The notes: a model not told the origin generated them from the letters alone. DNA of 64,000 nt from Acholeplasmataceae bacterium (GCA_011620375.1 WOZH01000041.1:3506-67505); one strand, 5' to 3'. Positions 1-9,757 are shown, counted from the first letter of the stretch. Numbers and translations: made by a program.

Positions 1-681
1 CATCTTTACCTTGAGATCCATGACTTGACCATTTAAATAGTTTTTCTCACTTATGACACCCAAGTTTGATAAGGCTATATGCTTGTAAAATAGCAGCATA
101 TAGAGCGATGATATAATTCCTAAAAGCGATGTAAATATCATCCAAATGGACAAGTAATCAAAAGAAAATAAATCAACCCATGAATAGGCAAAACCATGAT
201 AGAGACCAATAAGATAGGGAACAATCATAAAGCGATGAAGATATTTAAAATGCTCATACTTCATCCATTTAGCAAATAGCGCAAGCATCACGAGTAAGAT
301 TAACCCATTTCTTGCTAGTTCACCAAGTTCGTCAAGTTCGATGGGGAAAATCAGATACCTTTGCAGCACGATTAAACCATCATTATTTGCCGACGTTTGA
401 TGAACAAAGATAAGACCAACGAGTAATATCGCTAACCAGCGATGCCAAAAATAGATGCTCTCAAGCCCACCAAACAACCTGACAAGGATTGGATTTCTTG
501 TAGAAAGCAAAAAAACCATCACGAATCCTATGAGAATGGATGAGCCGAAAATTGAAGTAATCATCACATTATTGTTTAAAAATGATTGAGATAATCGTAA
601 ATACCATAATAATGCATTGATAGCAAAAACTGCTAAAATCATGACTCCCGAACGAATATAGCTAAATTGCTTTTGTGTCAT
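1..681 (-). CDS. Ferric reductase-like transmembrane domain protein (runs off window start)
   Basis: Not in the ORF track; translated by hand from ATG at 681 (RBS AGGAG): MTQKQFSYIRSG... Several TM helices with paired His motifs HRWLAILLVGLIFVH (H-x13-H) and HRFMIVPYLIGLYH (H-x12-H). Open to position 1. Confidence 0.75.
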   Translation of the reverse strand, partial: MTQKQFSYIRSGVMILAVFAINALLWYLRLSQSFLNNNVMITSIFGSSILIGFVMVFLLSTRNPILVRLFGGLESIYFWHRWLAILLVGLIFVHQTSANNDGLIVLQRYLIFPIELDELGELARNGLILLVMLALFAKWMKYEHFKYLHRFMIVPYLIGLYHGFAYSWVDLFSFDYLSIWMIFTSLLGIISSLYMLLFYKHIALSNLGVISEKNYLNGQVMDLKVKM

Positions 682-850
682 ATCATCACTCCTCTGAAAT
701 CATGATATCAATTGAAGATAAAAATTTTATTAAATGATCAAATAAAGATTAAAAGTTGACACTACCACCCTAGAAAAAGATACCGAATACTTTAATTAAT
801 TAAAGTTATAAAGTATAATATGAGTTACACAAGCTTGAAAGGGGAACTAT

Positions 851-2668
851 ATGATTATCGTATATGTAATAGATAACTACGGAGAATTATCTAATGGTAC
901 GACGATAACTGCATTACGTTCAAAGGAACAACTAGAAAAACGTGGTCATACAGTAAGAGTTGTTACTGCTGGATCGGTATCAGGACCAGAGGTATATCAT
1001 TTAAAAAAGCGATACATGCCGATTGTTTCACCTGTGTCTGCAAGACAACAAATGTATTTTGCTAAGCCGGACAAAGTGATTATGACTGAAGCATTCAAAG
1101 ATGCTGATGTTGTTCATTTTTTCATGCCATGGAAAGTGTCGAGATATGGCATTAAATTATGCCGCCGATTAAATATACCTTATACTGCAGCATTTCACAC
1201 ACAACCAGAAAATATCACTTTTGGTATGGGCTTAGGACGATTTGGTGGGCCGATTGCTTGGTTTATCTATCGAAAGTTTTGGATACAATTTTATCGCAAG
1301 GTAACGCATGTTCATTGCCCAAGCGCTTTTATTTCATACGAATTAAAAAACCAGCACTATAAAAATAGATTTCATGTCATCTCAAATGGTATAGCAGAAG
1401 TGTACCATCGCGGGGAGAAACAAGTGCATGAAGGCTATCAAATTTTATCAACGGGTCGCTATGCTTTAGAAAAAAGACAAGATATTATCATTAAGGCGAT
1501 TGCTAAATCAAAACATAAAGATCAAATCCATTTGATTTTAGCTGGACAAGGACCACTTGAACACAAATATCGCACATTGGCTCATAAATTAAATGTCAAC
1601 ACCACATTCGCTTTCTATTCACAAAAAGAACTGATTCACAAAATTCAAGAAAGTGACCTATATATTCATGCAGCCGACGCTGAAATCGAAGGTATTGCTG
1701 CTTTAGAGGCGATTGCGTGTGGACTTGTTCCCATTATTGCAGAATCTAATAAGAGTGCAACAGCACAATTTGCTATTGATGATAGAAACATTTTTAAAGT
1801 CAATCAAGTAAATGAACTCTCAGAAAAAATCGACTATTGGTTGGAACATCCAAAAGAAAGAGAAGAAATGTCCGTTAAGTATGAGCATCACGCGGAAAAC
1901 TATCGATTAAGCCACGCGATCTCTTTATTGGAACAAATGTTCAGACAATCGATAGAAGACCATAAAAGAGCAGTTGTTGCCAAACAAAAAGCGCAAAAAA
2001 AATATCGAAAATTAGTTACTAAAACACGATTAAAAAAAGTGATGTCGTGGATGGTTTATTATTTGATTGCACTGCCTTTGTTAACCATCTATTTACGTTT
2101 ATTTAGAGGTATTAAGATTCAAAATAGAAAGAATATCAAGGCGGTTAAAAAAGGTGGCGTGATGATTTCCAATCATGTACATACGCTCGATTCAGCGATG
2201 AACGCGATTACGGTATTTCCTAAAAAACCTGTCTTTACAAGCATTAAATCAAATTTTGAACTACCTGTAGCAGGCAAATTGGTTAGTATATTAGGCTCAA
2301 CACCTGTCCCAGAAACACCATCTGAAATGAAAATCTTTTTCTATGAATTATCCAAACAGGTCAGAAAAGGTAGAATTGTCCATTTTTTCCCAGAAGGTGA
2401 ACTCATTAAGGGTGACGATAAAATTCGTGCATTAAAGCGTGGTGCATTTATGTTAGCAGAAGAAACCATGTCACCAATACTTCCAGTTGGCATTAGTTTT
2501 CATGAAAAACGATCCGTATTCCCGCTATTTATTAAAGATCGCATTTTGATTAATGTAGGAAGTCCAATTTATCCTGATACACTCAAATTAAAAAAAGATT
2601 CTATTGAGCAGTTATCGAATGAATCACAGGATGCTATGAATCAGTTGATCTCAGTTAAATTCGTTTGA
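851..2668 (+). CDS. GT4 glycosyltransferase (cholesterol alpha-glucosyltransferase-like) fused to a C-terminal PlsC-type acyltransferase
   Basis: aa 1-370 GT-B motifs: SNGT, FHTQPE, HVHCPS, ISNG, GRYALEKRQ, EIEGIAALEAIACG. One TM helix near aa 397-418, then NHVHTLD (H-x4-D), FFPEG, KRGAF. Confidence 0.85.
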   Translation: MIIVYVIDNYGELSNGTTITALRSKEQLEKRGHTVRVVTAGSVSGPEVYHLKKRYMPIVSPVSARQQMYFAKPDKVIMTEAFKDADVVHFFMPWKVSRYGIKLCRRLNIPYTAAFHTQPENITFGMGLGRFGGPIAWFIYRKFWIQFYRKVTHVHCPSAFISYELKNQHYKNRFHVISNGIAEVYHRGEKQVHEGYQILSTGRYALEKRQDIIIKAIAKSKHKDQIHLILAGQGPLEHKYRTLAHKLNVNTTFAFYSQKELIHKIQESDLYIHAADAEIEGIAALEAIACGLVPIIAESNKSATAQFAIDDRNIFKVNQVNELSEKIDYWLEHPKEREEMSVKYEHHAENYRLSHAISLLEQMFRQSIEDHKRAVVAKQKAQKKYRKLVTKTRLKKVMSWMVYYLIALPLLTIYLRLFRGIKIQNRKNIKAVKKGGVMISNHVHTLDSAMNAITVFPKKPVFTSIKSNFELPVAGKLVSILGSTPVPETPSEMKIFFYELSKQVRKGRIVHFFPEGELIKGDDKIRALKRGAFMLAEETMSPILPVGISFHEKRSVFPLFIKDRILINVGSPIYPDTLKLKKDSIEQLSNESQDAMNQLISVKFV

Positions 2669-2680
2669 TATCATTTATTG

Positions 2681-2716
2681 AAAAATCCATCTCATTTAAG
2701 GGATGGATTATTTTTT
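2681..2716. terminator. Intrinsic terminator between convergent GT-acyltransferase and pdxT
   Basis: AATCCATC-N10-GATGGATT flanked by A and T runs. Confidence 0.55.
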
Positions 2717-3288
2717 CTTTCCATACACATCGCAACAAAGTATTTGTGAATGGTCAAATCATGCGTTAGTTCTGGATGAAATGCTGTCACTAATTGAAAA
2801 CCTTGCCTAGCAGCAACTATCTTTCCATCAACCGTGGCCAACACGTCAACATTTTTTCCAACATCTTCAATATAGGGCGCTCTAATGAACACAAAATCGA
2901 CAGCATCCTTTTGATTGAAAATGCCTTTAGTTTTAAAACTTCCAGTTTGTCTACCGTAGGCATTTTTCTTTGCAGTGATAGCCATTGTTTGAAGATATGC
3001 CGTTTGATAACCGTGGACAACTTTTGCCAATAACAATAATCCAGCGCATGTTCCAAAAACTGGTAAATTAGACACAATTAATTGTTTAAGTTTATCAACC
3101 ATGTTGAAATCTATTAATAATTTGTAGATGACAGTTGATTCTCCACCCGGCAATATTAATCCATCCATGGGTTTGTCTAAGTCTTTATATTGTCTGATCT
3201 CAAAAGTATCAACACCTAACGTTTTTAGCATCAATTGATGTTCAATAAAACCACCTTGCAAAGCTAAAACACCGATGGTCATAATCAA
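2692..3288 (-). CDS. pdxT: PLP synthase glutaminase subunit
   Basis: [29 protein letters not shown] motifs; adjacent to pdxS. Confidence 0.97.
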   Translation of the reverse strand: MIMTIGVLALQGGFIEHQLMLKTLGVDTFEIRQYKDLDKPMDGLILPGGESTVIYKLLIDFNMVDKLKQLIVSNLPVFGTCAGLLLLAKVVHGYQTAYLQTMAITAKKNAYGRQTGSFKTKGIFNQKDAVDFVFIRAPYIEDVGKNVDVLATVDGKIVAARQGFQLVTAFHPELTHDLTIHKYFVAMCMERKNNPSLK

Positions 3289-4160
3289 ATACCACGATCT
3301 CTCATCAATAGTTCAATTTCTTCTTCATTGATACCAACCATGGCTTCTCCAAGATTTTCACTCACTTCAGCTAATACTTTCGGATCATTATAATTGGTTA
3401 CAGCCTTAACAATGGCTGTTGCGCGCTTAGCAGGATTGCCAGATTTAAAAATGCCAGATCCTACAAATACACCTTCAGCGCCTAACTGCATCATTAATGC
3501 CGCATCTGCAGGTGTTGCTATACCGCCAGCTGCAAAATTAACAACTGGTAATTTACCATAATCGTGCACATACTTTAATAAATCATAAGAGACTTCTAAC
3601 GTTTTTGCTTGATTAAATAATTCATCCTCACGAAGTGATTTCACATGTCTGATTTCTGATTGGATGAGACGCATGTGTTTTACTGCTTGGATGACATCAC
3701 CCGTGCCGGGTTCACCTTTCGTTCTAATCATTGAAGCACCTTCACCAATTCTTCGTAAAGCCTCTCCAAGATTTTTTGCACCACAAACAAAAGGCACCTT
3801 AAATAACGTTTTGTCAATATGATAAACATCGTCAGCTGGAGATAAAACTTCCGATTCATCAATATAGTCAATTTCCAGTGCTTCTAATATTTGTGCTTCA
3901 ACAAAATGGCCGATGCGAACTTTTGCCATCACGGGGATTGTGACAGCATTTTGAATTTCTTTAACTAAATGAGGATCACTCATACGAGATACACCGCCAG
4001 CGGCCCTGATATCAGCGGGAATTCTCTCTAAAGCCATGACGGCGCAAGCACCAGCATCTTGTGCTATTTTTGCTTGTTCGACTGATGTGACATCCATGAT
4101 GACGCCACCCTTAAGCATTTGAGCCAACTCTTTATTCAATTCGTAACGACTGTTTTTCAT
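3285..4160 (-). CDS. pdxS: PLP synthase lyase subunit
   Basis: [51 protein letters not shown]. Start placed at ATG 4160 behind RBS GGAGG. Confidence 0.98.
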   Translation of the reverse strand: MKNSRYELNKELAQMLKGGVIMDVTSVEQAKIAQDAGACAVMALERIPADIRAAGGVSRMSDPHLVKEIQNAVTIPVMAKVRIGHFVEAQILEALEIDYIDESEVLSPADDVYHIDKTLFKVPFVCGAKNLGEALRRIGEGASMIRTKGEPGTGDVIQAVKHMRLIQSEIRHVKSLREDELFNQAKTLEVSYDLLKYVHDYGKLPVVNFAAGGIATPADAALMMQLGAEGVFVGSGIFKSGNPAKRATAIVKAVTNYNDPKVLAEVSENLGEAMVGINEEEIELLMRDRGI

Positions 4161-4178
4161 TTTTATATTTCCTCCTTG

Positions 4179-4207
4179 TTGACAATAGGTATGATATCTT
4201 ATATTAT
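4179..4207 (+). promoter_or_regulatory. Sigma70-type promoter for pdxR
   Basis: TTGACA-N17-TATTAT. Confidence 0.6.
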
Positions 4208-4216
4208 ACAAGTGAA

Positions 4217-4262
4217 CTGGCATGTTTTAAATAGCCAGATATAAACAAAACAATAAGGTCAG
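4217..4262. promoter_or_regulatory. Putative PdxR operator (two direct hexamers plus one inverted)
   Basis: Minus strand reads CTGACC-N18-CTGGCT-N10-TGCCAG between divergent pdxS and pdxR. Confidence 0.6.
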
Positions 4263-4267
4263 ATAAG

Positions 4268-5668
4268 ATGCTAACTTTTTTTCTAGAAAAACACAATAAA
4301 ACACCACTTTACGAACAACTGTATCAGGAAATAAAGCAAAATATTATCAATAATGAGCTCAAAGCGGATGAAAAACTACCTTCTAAGAGGAAGTTAGCTC
4401 AACATCTAAAAGTGAGCGTCATCACAGTTGAAAATGCGTATCATCAGTTGATTGCTGAAGGATATATCAAATCAAAACCGAAATCCGGATTTTTTGTTTT
4501 ACCATTGATTGATTTAATGCCGCCTCAACGTAACACATTTCAACAAGCAGTCATTGAAAAAGTAGAAAAAGACCATTTTTTAATTGATTTTAGAACAAAC
4601 CTTGTTGATACAGATTATTTTCCGTATGACAAAATGGCTAAAATAGAAAAAGAGGTCATACAGTATGAATACAAACATAAACTTAACGATACAAACCATT
4701 TAGGTGATGATGGCTTACGTCTACAAATCTCAAAATTACTTTTTGAGTATCGTGGCATTAGTGCCAAACCCGAATCCATTGTTATAGGATCGGGATCTGA
4801 AAATTTAATAGCGCTATTGGTCATGTTATTGGGAAGAGATAAGGTTTACGGTGTAGAAGAACCAGGATATCTTAAAAACTATCAATTATATCAGAATTAT
4901 GGTGCATCGTCTAAAACATTTCGGATTGAGAAAGAGGGCATCAATACTGATTTATTAACACAAATAGATGTTGTGCATATCACACCAAGCCATCAATTTC
5001 CGCTAGGCATTGTCATGCCAATATCAAAAAGAATAGAACTATTAAATTGGGTAAATGAAGATCAAAAACGATATATTATTGAAGATGACTATGACAGTGA
5101 ATTTCGTTTTTCTGGTAAACCTATACCAGCGCTAAAAAGTTTAGACCATATGAATAAAGTCATTTATCTCAATTCATTTTCTAAGAGTATTGCCCCATCT
5201 TATCGGGTTAGTTTCATGGTCTTGCCAGATTACTTGATGAATCGGTTTAATCAACAGTTTTCTCACCTTATATGTTCAGTGCCCATAGTGACACAATTAA
5301 CGCTGGAAAGATTCATAAGAGATCATGCATATGAGAAACATTTAAGCAGAATGAAAAATATTTATAAATTGAAAAGAGATATTTTAATCGATCATCTGAA
5401 AAGAGCGAATTTCAAATCCAAAATTTCAATCAAAGGCGAGGAAAGTGGATTGCACTTTTTACTTGATATTTCTACGAAACTTGATATTGATGAGTTGATA
5501 GATCGAGCAAAACAAAAAAATGTTCGTTTATATGGCATTCATGAATATTACTTAAATAAACACGATGAATCACAGCGTAAAACGCTGGTTATGGGGTATT
5601 CGCACATGAACGAAAAACAACTTAAAAAAGCAGTGGAATTACTTGAATCAGCTTGGAAGGATATTTAA
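4268..5668 (+). CDS. pdxR: MocR/GabR-family regulator (GntR wHTH plus PLP aminotransferase-like domain)
   Basis: PLYEQLY...LPSKRKLA...VSVITV..AY wHTH; TPSHQFPLG, IEDDYDSEFRF, SFSKS; divergent from pdxST. Confidence 0.9.
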   Translation: MLTFFLEKHNKTPLYEQLYQEIKQNIINNELKADEKLPSKRKLAQHLKVSVITVENAYHQLIAEGYIKSKPKSGFFVLPLIDLMPPQRNTFQQAVIEKVEKDHFLIDFRTNLVDTDYFPYDKMAKIEKEVIQYEYKHKLNDTNHLGDDGLRLQISKLLFEYRGISAKPESIVIGSGSENLIALLVMLLGRDKVYGVEEPGYLKNYQLYQNYGASSKTFRIEKEGINTDLLTQIDVVHITPSHQFPLGIVMPISKRIELLNWVNEDQKRYIIEDDYDSEFRFSGKPIPALKSLDHMNKVIYLNSFSKSIAPSYRVSFMVLPDYLMNRFNQQFSHLICSVPIVTQLTLERFIRDHAYEKHLSRMKNIYKLKRDILIDHLKRANFKSKISIKGEESGLHFLLDISTKLDIDELIDRAKQKNVRLYGIHEYYLNKHDESQRKTLVMGYSHMNEKQLKKAVELLESAWKDI

Positions 5669-5749
5669 AAAAAGGATGCGTTTAAAAAATTTATTCATTC
5701 AACACCAAACGATTCGTAGTCGTTAGAAAGTGCATGCAATGATTTGATT

Positions 5750-6842
5750 ATGAAAACAAAACATGTTTATTATGTGCTTAGAGGCGTCATGGGTTTATCT
5801 TTTAACATGATGTTTACCATTTCAGTTTTATATCGCATCGATATTGCAAACCTTGAAGCCTATTAATTAATCTTGTTAGGTACTGCTTTGGAAATTGCAG
5901 TTTTATTATTTGAGGTACCGACGGGGGTAATCGCTGATTTAAAGAGTAGAAGGCTGAGTGTCATCATTGGACTTTTTATCATTGGAATAGGATTTATGCT
6001 GGAGGCAGTCACGACGTATTTCATCGTGATTTTTATCGCTCAAATTGTTTGGGGATTCGGATACACATTTATCAGTGGCGCGCTTGATTCATGGGTAAGT
6101 GATGAAACATTGAATCAAGATGTTCAAAAGACATTACTCATCGGACAGCAAATGAATAAACTATGGTCATTTATAGGCATTGGATTAGCTGCGCTTACCG
6201 GCACTATTTCAATTATTTTAGGCATATTTCAATTAATTGGTAAAAGGATTTAAACACGTTAAAAAGCGTAATGTTTTAAGACTAATGTTCATCGTGATAC
6301 TGTTCTTTGGTTTATTTAGTGAGGGCATTGATCGCACATATGAATGGTTTACGCTTGATCACCTGGGATTCCGCGGTTTTTATGGTTGGGAACCTATTTG
6401 GATTATCTCATTTGTAAATGGTATCATCGCCTTGACGGGATTTATCTTTTTACAGTTTATTAAGAAATTTGTAAAAAAACAAAATCATCTCGCAATTTGG
6501 GCAACTTATTTAACATTCATGATGATGACTGGGATATTACTTTTCGCCTATATGCCAAACATGTACTATGCGTTATTTGGATTCATATGCTTCACAGTTT
6601 TCAGAGAAGGCGCTGAACCATTATTGAACGCAATCATCGTGACGAATATGCCATCTAAAATCAAAGCGACAGTATTAAGTGGATTTGGACAATTAGATGC
6701 TATCGGTCAATTGATATCTGGTGTGTTGATGGTAACGATAACGGTTGTCGTCGGTATACAAAGCATGTATTTAGTCTCAGCATTATTGTTGATTGTACCC
6801 GCTATTAGTCTATTAAGCATCACAAAAATAAAAATAGCATAA
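5750..6842 (+). pseudogene. Disrupted TetA(P)-like MFS efflux transporter
   Basis: ATG at 5750, in-frame TAA at 5864-5866, extra A in AAAA at 6242-6245 causing a frameshift, and an apparent in-frame loss of the TM6/linker region. Motifs LLGTALE, FEVPTGVIAD..SRRLS, TFISGALDSW, FGLFSEGIDR, ATVLS..GQ. Confidence 0.8.
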
Positions 6843-6949
6843 AAAAGAATTTTTACAAAAAACTAAGACATATTTGATCAATTTCCGTATAATAAAAATT
6901 AAGTACAGCGTGTATGACATGACATCTGATATAGGGATAAGGATCAATC

Positions 6950-8245
6950 ATGGCACTTAAACTTTCACGAGCAGAAAAAAATAAAGAGATTAATAGACGA
7001 TTTGAAATTTTTAAATCACTAATGTCTTCTTTTGTCATTGGTACAGCAGCAATTATTATTGCTGTTGTTTTCGTGCCTACTTCACCAAAAGCTGAAATTA
7101 TTAAAGCCAATGCATTGATTGATACAGTTACTTATCAAGTCTCGGTTACGGATAAAGCCAATGCACTTGATTTAACTACATTAGTTGTTTCATTGGAAAA
7201 CCAAATTGAACATTATGAACACGAAATTAGTTTGGGTGAAAGCTCAGGCTATTTTGATAGCTTAACACCCAATACAGATTATTGGTTGAACGTTTACGGC
7301 AGTAAGGGGTATGGGCAAGAGCGCTTAGATTCAATCAAATTGACCACGAGAGATAAAACTGGCGCATTTATTTTAGGTGTTGATGAGCAACAAGTCGAGT
7401 GGGAAACGACATACACGATTGATGTTTTAGTCAACGATCCTGATAACCTATATAACAGTATCAATCTTTATTATGGGTATCGATGGGAACCTGAAACTGA
7501 TTTGATGTACACAGCCATACCCATCACAACCACTAGACAGCAAATAGAGATTTTTGATATATATACAAGTTTACCGTTTCATGTATACATAGCAGGTATG
7601 TTAGACGGTGATACAGTCATATTAGATGAGCAATGGGTCACCCCATCTTTCCAATTATATGATGAAATGTTTTTAAATTATATTGGCGATGATACCATTG
7701 GGCTTATGATGTATGGCGGCATGACAGATATCGACATAGCATATCACGTCAATGTTTATCGCGGTAGCGTCTTATTGAAACGAATTGAGGTCGATATTGG
7801 CACCTCAATGCATGGATCAACATTTCCAATTTCTGGATTGTTACCTAACACGACATATCGATTGGAAGGTGTAGCGACCTATACAAATCCCCAAACATTA
7901 AGAAATGAGTCACAAATCATCTATGATGAAGAAGTGACAACTTTGGCGGATTATCAAATATCGTATCAAATCGTATCATATGAAGCATACTTGGAAGCGA
8001 CCATCACGATAGTTGATCCAAACCACTATTTCCAATTAGCATCCTATGAGTTGATTGATGTGACAGGAGAAATGCCAATTTATATCATGAGCGAAACATT
8101 TAGCTTTACAGCAAATGGTCATAGTCAATCAACCACATTCATCATCATGATACCAACTGATATTACTTATCAAGTCATCATCGATGTTAGAAGTGAAACA
8201 AATTATATGATTCGTCATATTATTTATGATGAAATAAGCGAATAG
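6950..8245 (+). CDS. Membrane-anchored surface protein with FN3/Ig-like modules
   Basis: One N-terminal TM helix followed by an acidic beta-rich region; SLTPNTDYWLNV and GLLPNTTYRLEG resemble FN3 L-x-P-x-T-x-Y motifs. Confidence 0.6.
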   Translation: MALKLSRAEKNKEINRRFEIFKSLMSSFVIGTAAIIIAVVFVPTSPKAEIIKANALIDTVTYQVSVTDKANALDLTTLVVSLENQIEHYEHEISLGESSGYFDSLTPNTDYWLNVYGSKGYGQERLDSIKLTTRDKTGAFILGVDEQQVEWETTYTIDVLVNDPDNLYNSINLYYGYRWEPETDLMYTAIPITTTRQQIEIFDIYTSLPFHVYIAGMLDGDTVILDEQWVTPSFQLYDEMFLNYIGDDTIGLMMYGGMTDIDIAYHVNVYRGSVLLKRIEVDIGTSMHGSTFPISGLLPNTTYRLEGVATYTNPQTLRNESQIIYDEEVTTLADYQISYQIVSYEAYLEATITIVDPNHYFQLASYELIDVTGEMPIYIMSETFSFTANGHSQSTTFIIMIPTDITYQVIIDVRSETNYMIRHIIYDEISE

Positions 8246-8256
8246 GAGTGAAGAAA

Positions 8257-9243
8257 ATGGAAGAGAATGAAAAAAGAAGTAAAAAGAATGTCAAATCAAT
8301 CGTCGTACTGATTATTGTGATTATCTTTATTGCTATTGGCAGTTTAGCAGGGATTTTGTTTCCAGGAACTGCATTTGAAAGTGTAATTGATAATTCTGTT
8401 GGTAAGTTTTTCGATATTATTAGTCTAGTAAAAAATAATTATGTGCACATTATTGAAAGTGTTGCTATCATTTTGTTTATATACGTGCTCAACTATATTT
8501 TGTTGCTGCTTATTAAAGTTTTTAGAACAAAGGGTAAACGCGGCGAAACGATAGGTATGTTATTTACTAACATTACAAAATATTTAAGCATAGTGATTGG
8601 ACTACTATTGATTTTATCTGCTTGGGGCGTTCAAACACCCACGTTATTGGCTGGTGCTGGTATTGCTGGGCTAGCTATATCTTTCGGTGCACAAGGCATA
8701 TTGGAAGATGTTTTTGCAGGGTTATCAATCATTTTTGAGAAGCAATTTGTCGTTGGCGATATCGTCGAAGTCAATGGCTTTAGAGGTGTTGTATTGGAAG
8801 TCGGTTCAAAAAACACGCGCATCAAAGATATACGCGGAAATGTTCTCATCATTGCAAATTCAGATATTAGAGAAATCGTCAATTTATCAGCAGAAGTATC
8901 CGTAGCAATATCTACTGTTTCAATAGCATATGAAGCTGATTTACCAAAGGTGGAAGAAATCATCAAAGAACACTTACCTGAAATCAAAGAAGCTATTCCA
9001 CAAATCATCAATGGACCGCTATATGAAGGTGTCGAAGAACTAGCTGATTCAGGGGTAATCATTCGCATCGTTGCTGAAGTTAAAGAAAGAGATCGTCTTA
9101 GTGTCAATCGTCTAATGAACCGCGAAATCAAAGTTTTATTGGACAAATATGGTATCCATATACCATTTCCACAAGTGGTTGTTCATAAAGCACAAACGGA
9201 AGACTTGGATGAAAAAACTGGAAAACAAGAAAAGAAAGATTGA
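8257..9243 (+). CDS. mscS: Small-conductance mechanosensitive channel
   Basis: AGAGIAGLAISFGAQ..L.D..AG, F.VGD.V, G.V..VG, IPFPQ. Confidence 0.9.
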   Translation: MEENEKRSKKNVKSIVVLIIVIIFIAIGSLAGILFPGTAFESVIDNSVGKFFDIISLVKNNYVHIIESVAIILFIYVLNYILLLLIKVFRTKGKRGETIGMLFTNITKYLSIVIGLLLILSAWGVQTPTLLAGAGIAGLAISFGAQGILEDVFAGLSIIFEKQFVVGDIVEVNGFRGVVLEVGSKNTRIKDIRGNVLIIANSDIREIVNLSAEVSVAISTVSIAYEADLPKVEEIIKEHLPEIKEAIPQIINGPLYEGVEELADSGVIIRIVAEVKERDRLSVNRLMNREIKVLLDKYGIHIPFPQVVVHKAQTEDLDEKTGKQEKKD

Positions 9244-9555
9244 AAACATATCATTTATAACCCTTTAGTATTTGATATCATATTTGTTCTACTGGTTCTG
9301 CTAAATAAGCGTTATCCACAATTTGTATTTAATTACACAATTTGGATAAAAGCATCATAATTAGCCATTTTGTTTACGATTTTTGGTTTACTGAACGATA
9401 TCTATTCACTCATTAAATTCAAAGGAATGATGTATAAGGTCATCCTCTCGACGATTGCTGCTATAGGTATATATAGCATCGATAGCGTAACAGTCCTTGA
9501 AACAATCTCAATAACGATTTTAAAAAATGAATACCATAAAATTTTGATTGAATCC

Positions 9556-9578
9556 AAAAGAAAAGGGCTTGTGCCCTT
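9556..9578 (-). terminator. Intrinsic terminator of the ferredoxin gene
   Basis: AAGGGC-N4-GCCCTT hairpin followed by a U tract on the minus strand. Confidence 0.7.
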
Positions 9579-9586
9579 CTCTAATG

Positions 9587-9757
9587 TTAAACTTCGATGA
9601 TTGCGTCTGTCGGACAAACTTCCTGGCAGGCTCCGCAGTCGATGCAGATATCTTCATCAATGACAAAGATTGGATCACCTTCGGAGATGCATTCAACCGG
9701 ACACTCCGGTTCACATGCACCACACGCGATGCAAGCATCTGTAATTCTTCTAGGCAT
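9587..9757 (-). CDS. fdx: 2x[4Fe-4S] clostridial-type ferredoxin (56 aa)
   Basis: Hand translation MPRRITDACIACGACEPECPVECISEGDPIFVIDEDICIDCGACQEVCPTDAIIEV with two CxxCxxCxxxCP motifs, RBS GGAGG and its own terminator. Below the ORF-track size cutoff. Confidence 0.95.
   Translation of the reverse strand: MPRRITDACIACGACEPECPVECISEGDPIFVIDEDICIDCGACQEVCPTDAIIEV

Noticed and set aside
789-806. Perfect palindrome ACTTTAATTAATTAAAGT
   Set aside because: Almost entirely A/T, so low information; no cognate regulator identifiable.
9312-9349. DnaA-box pair TTATCCACA / TTTGGATAA
   Set aside because: Only one perfect and one mismatched box, no dnaA/dnaN context and no box cluster; plausible by chance in AT-rich DNA.
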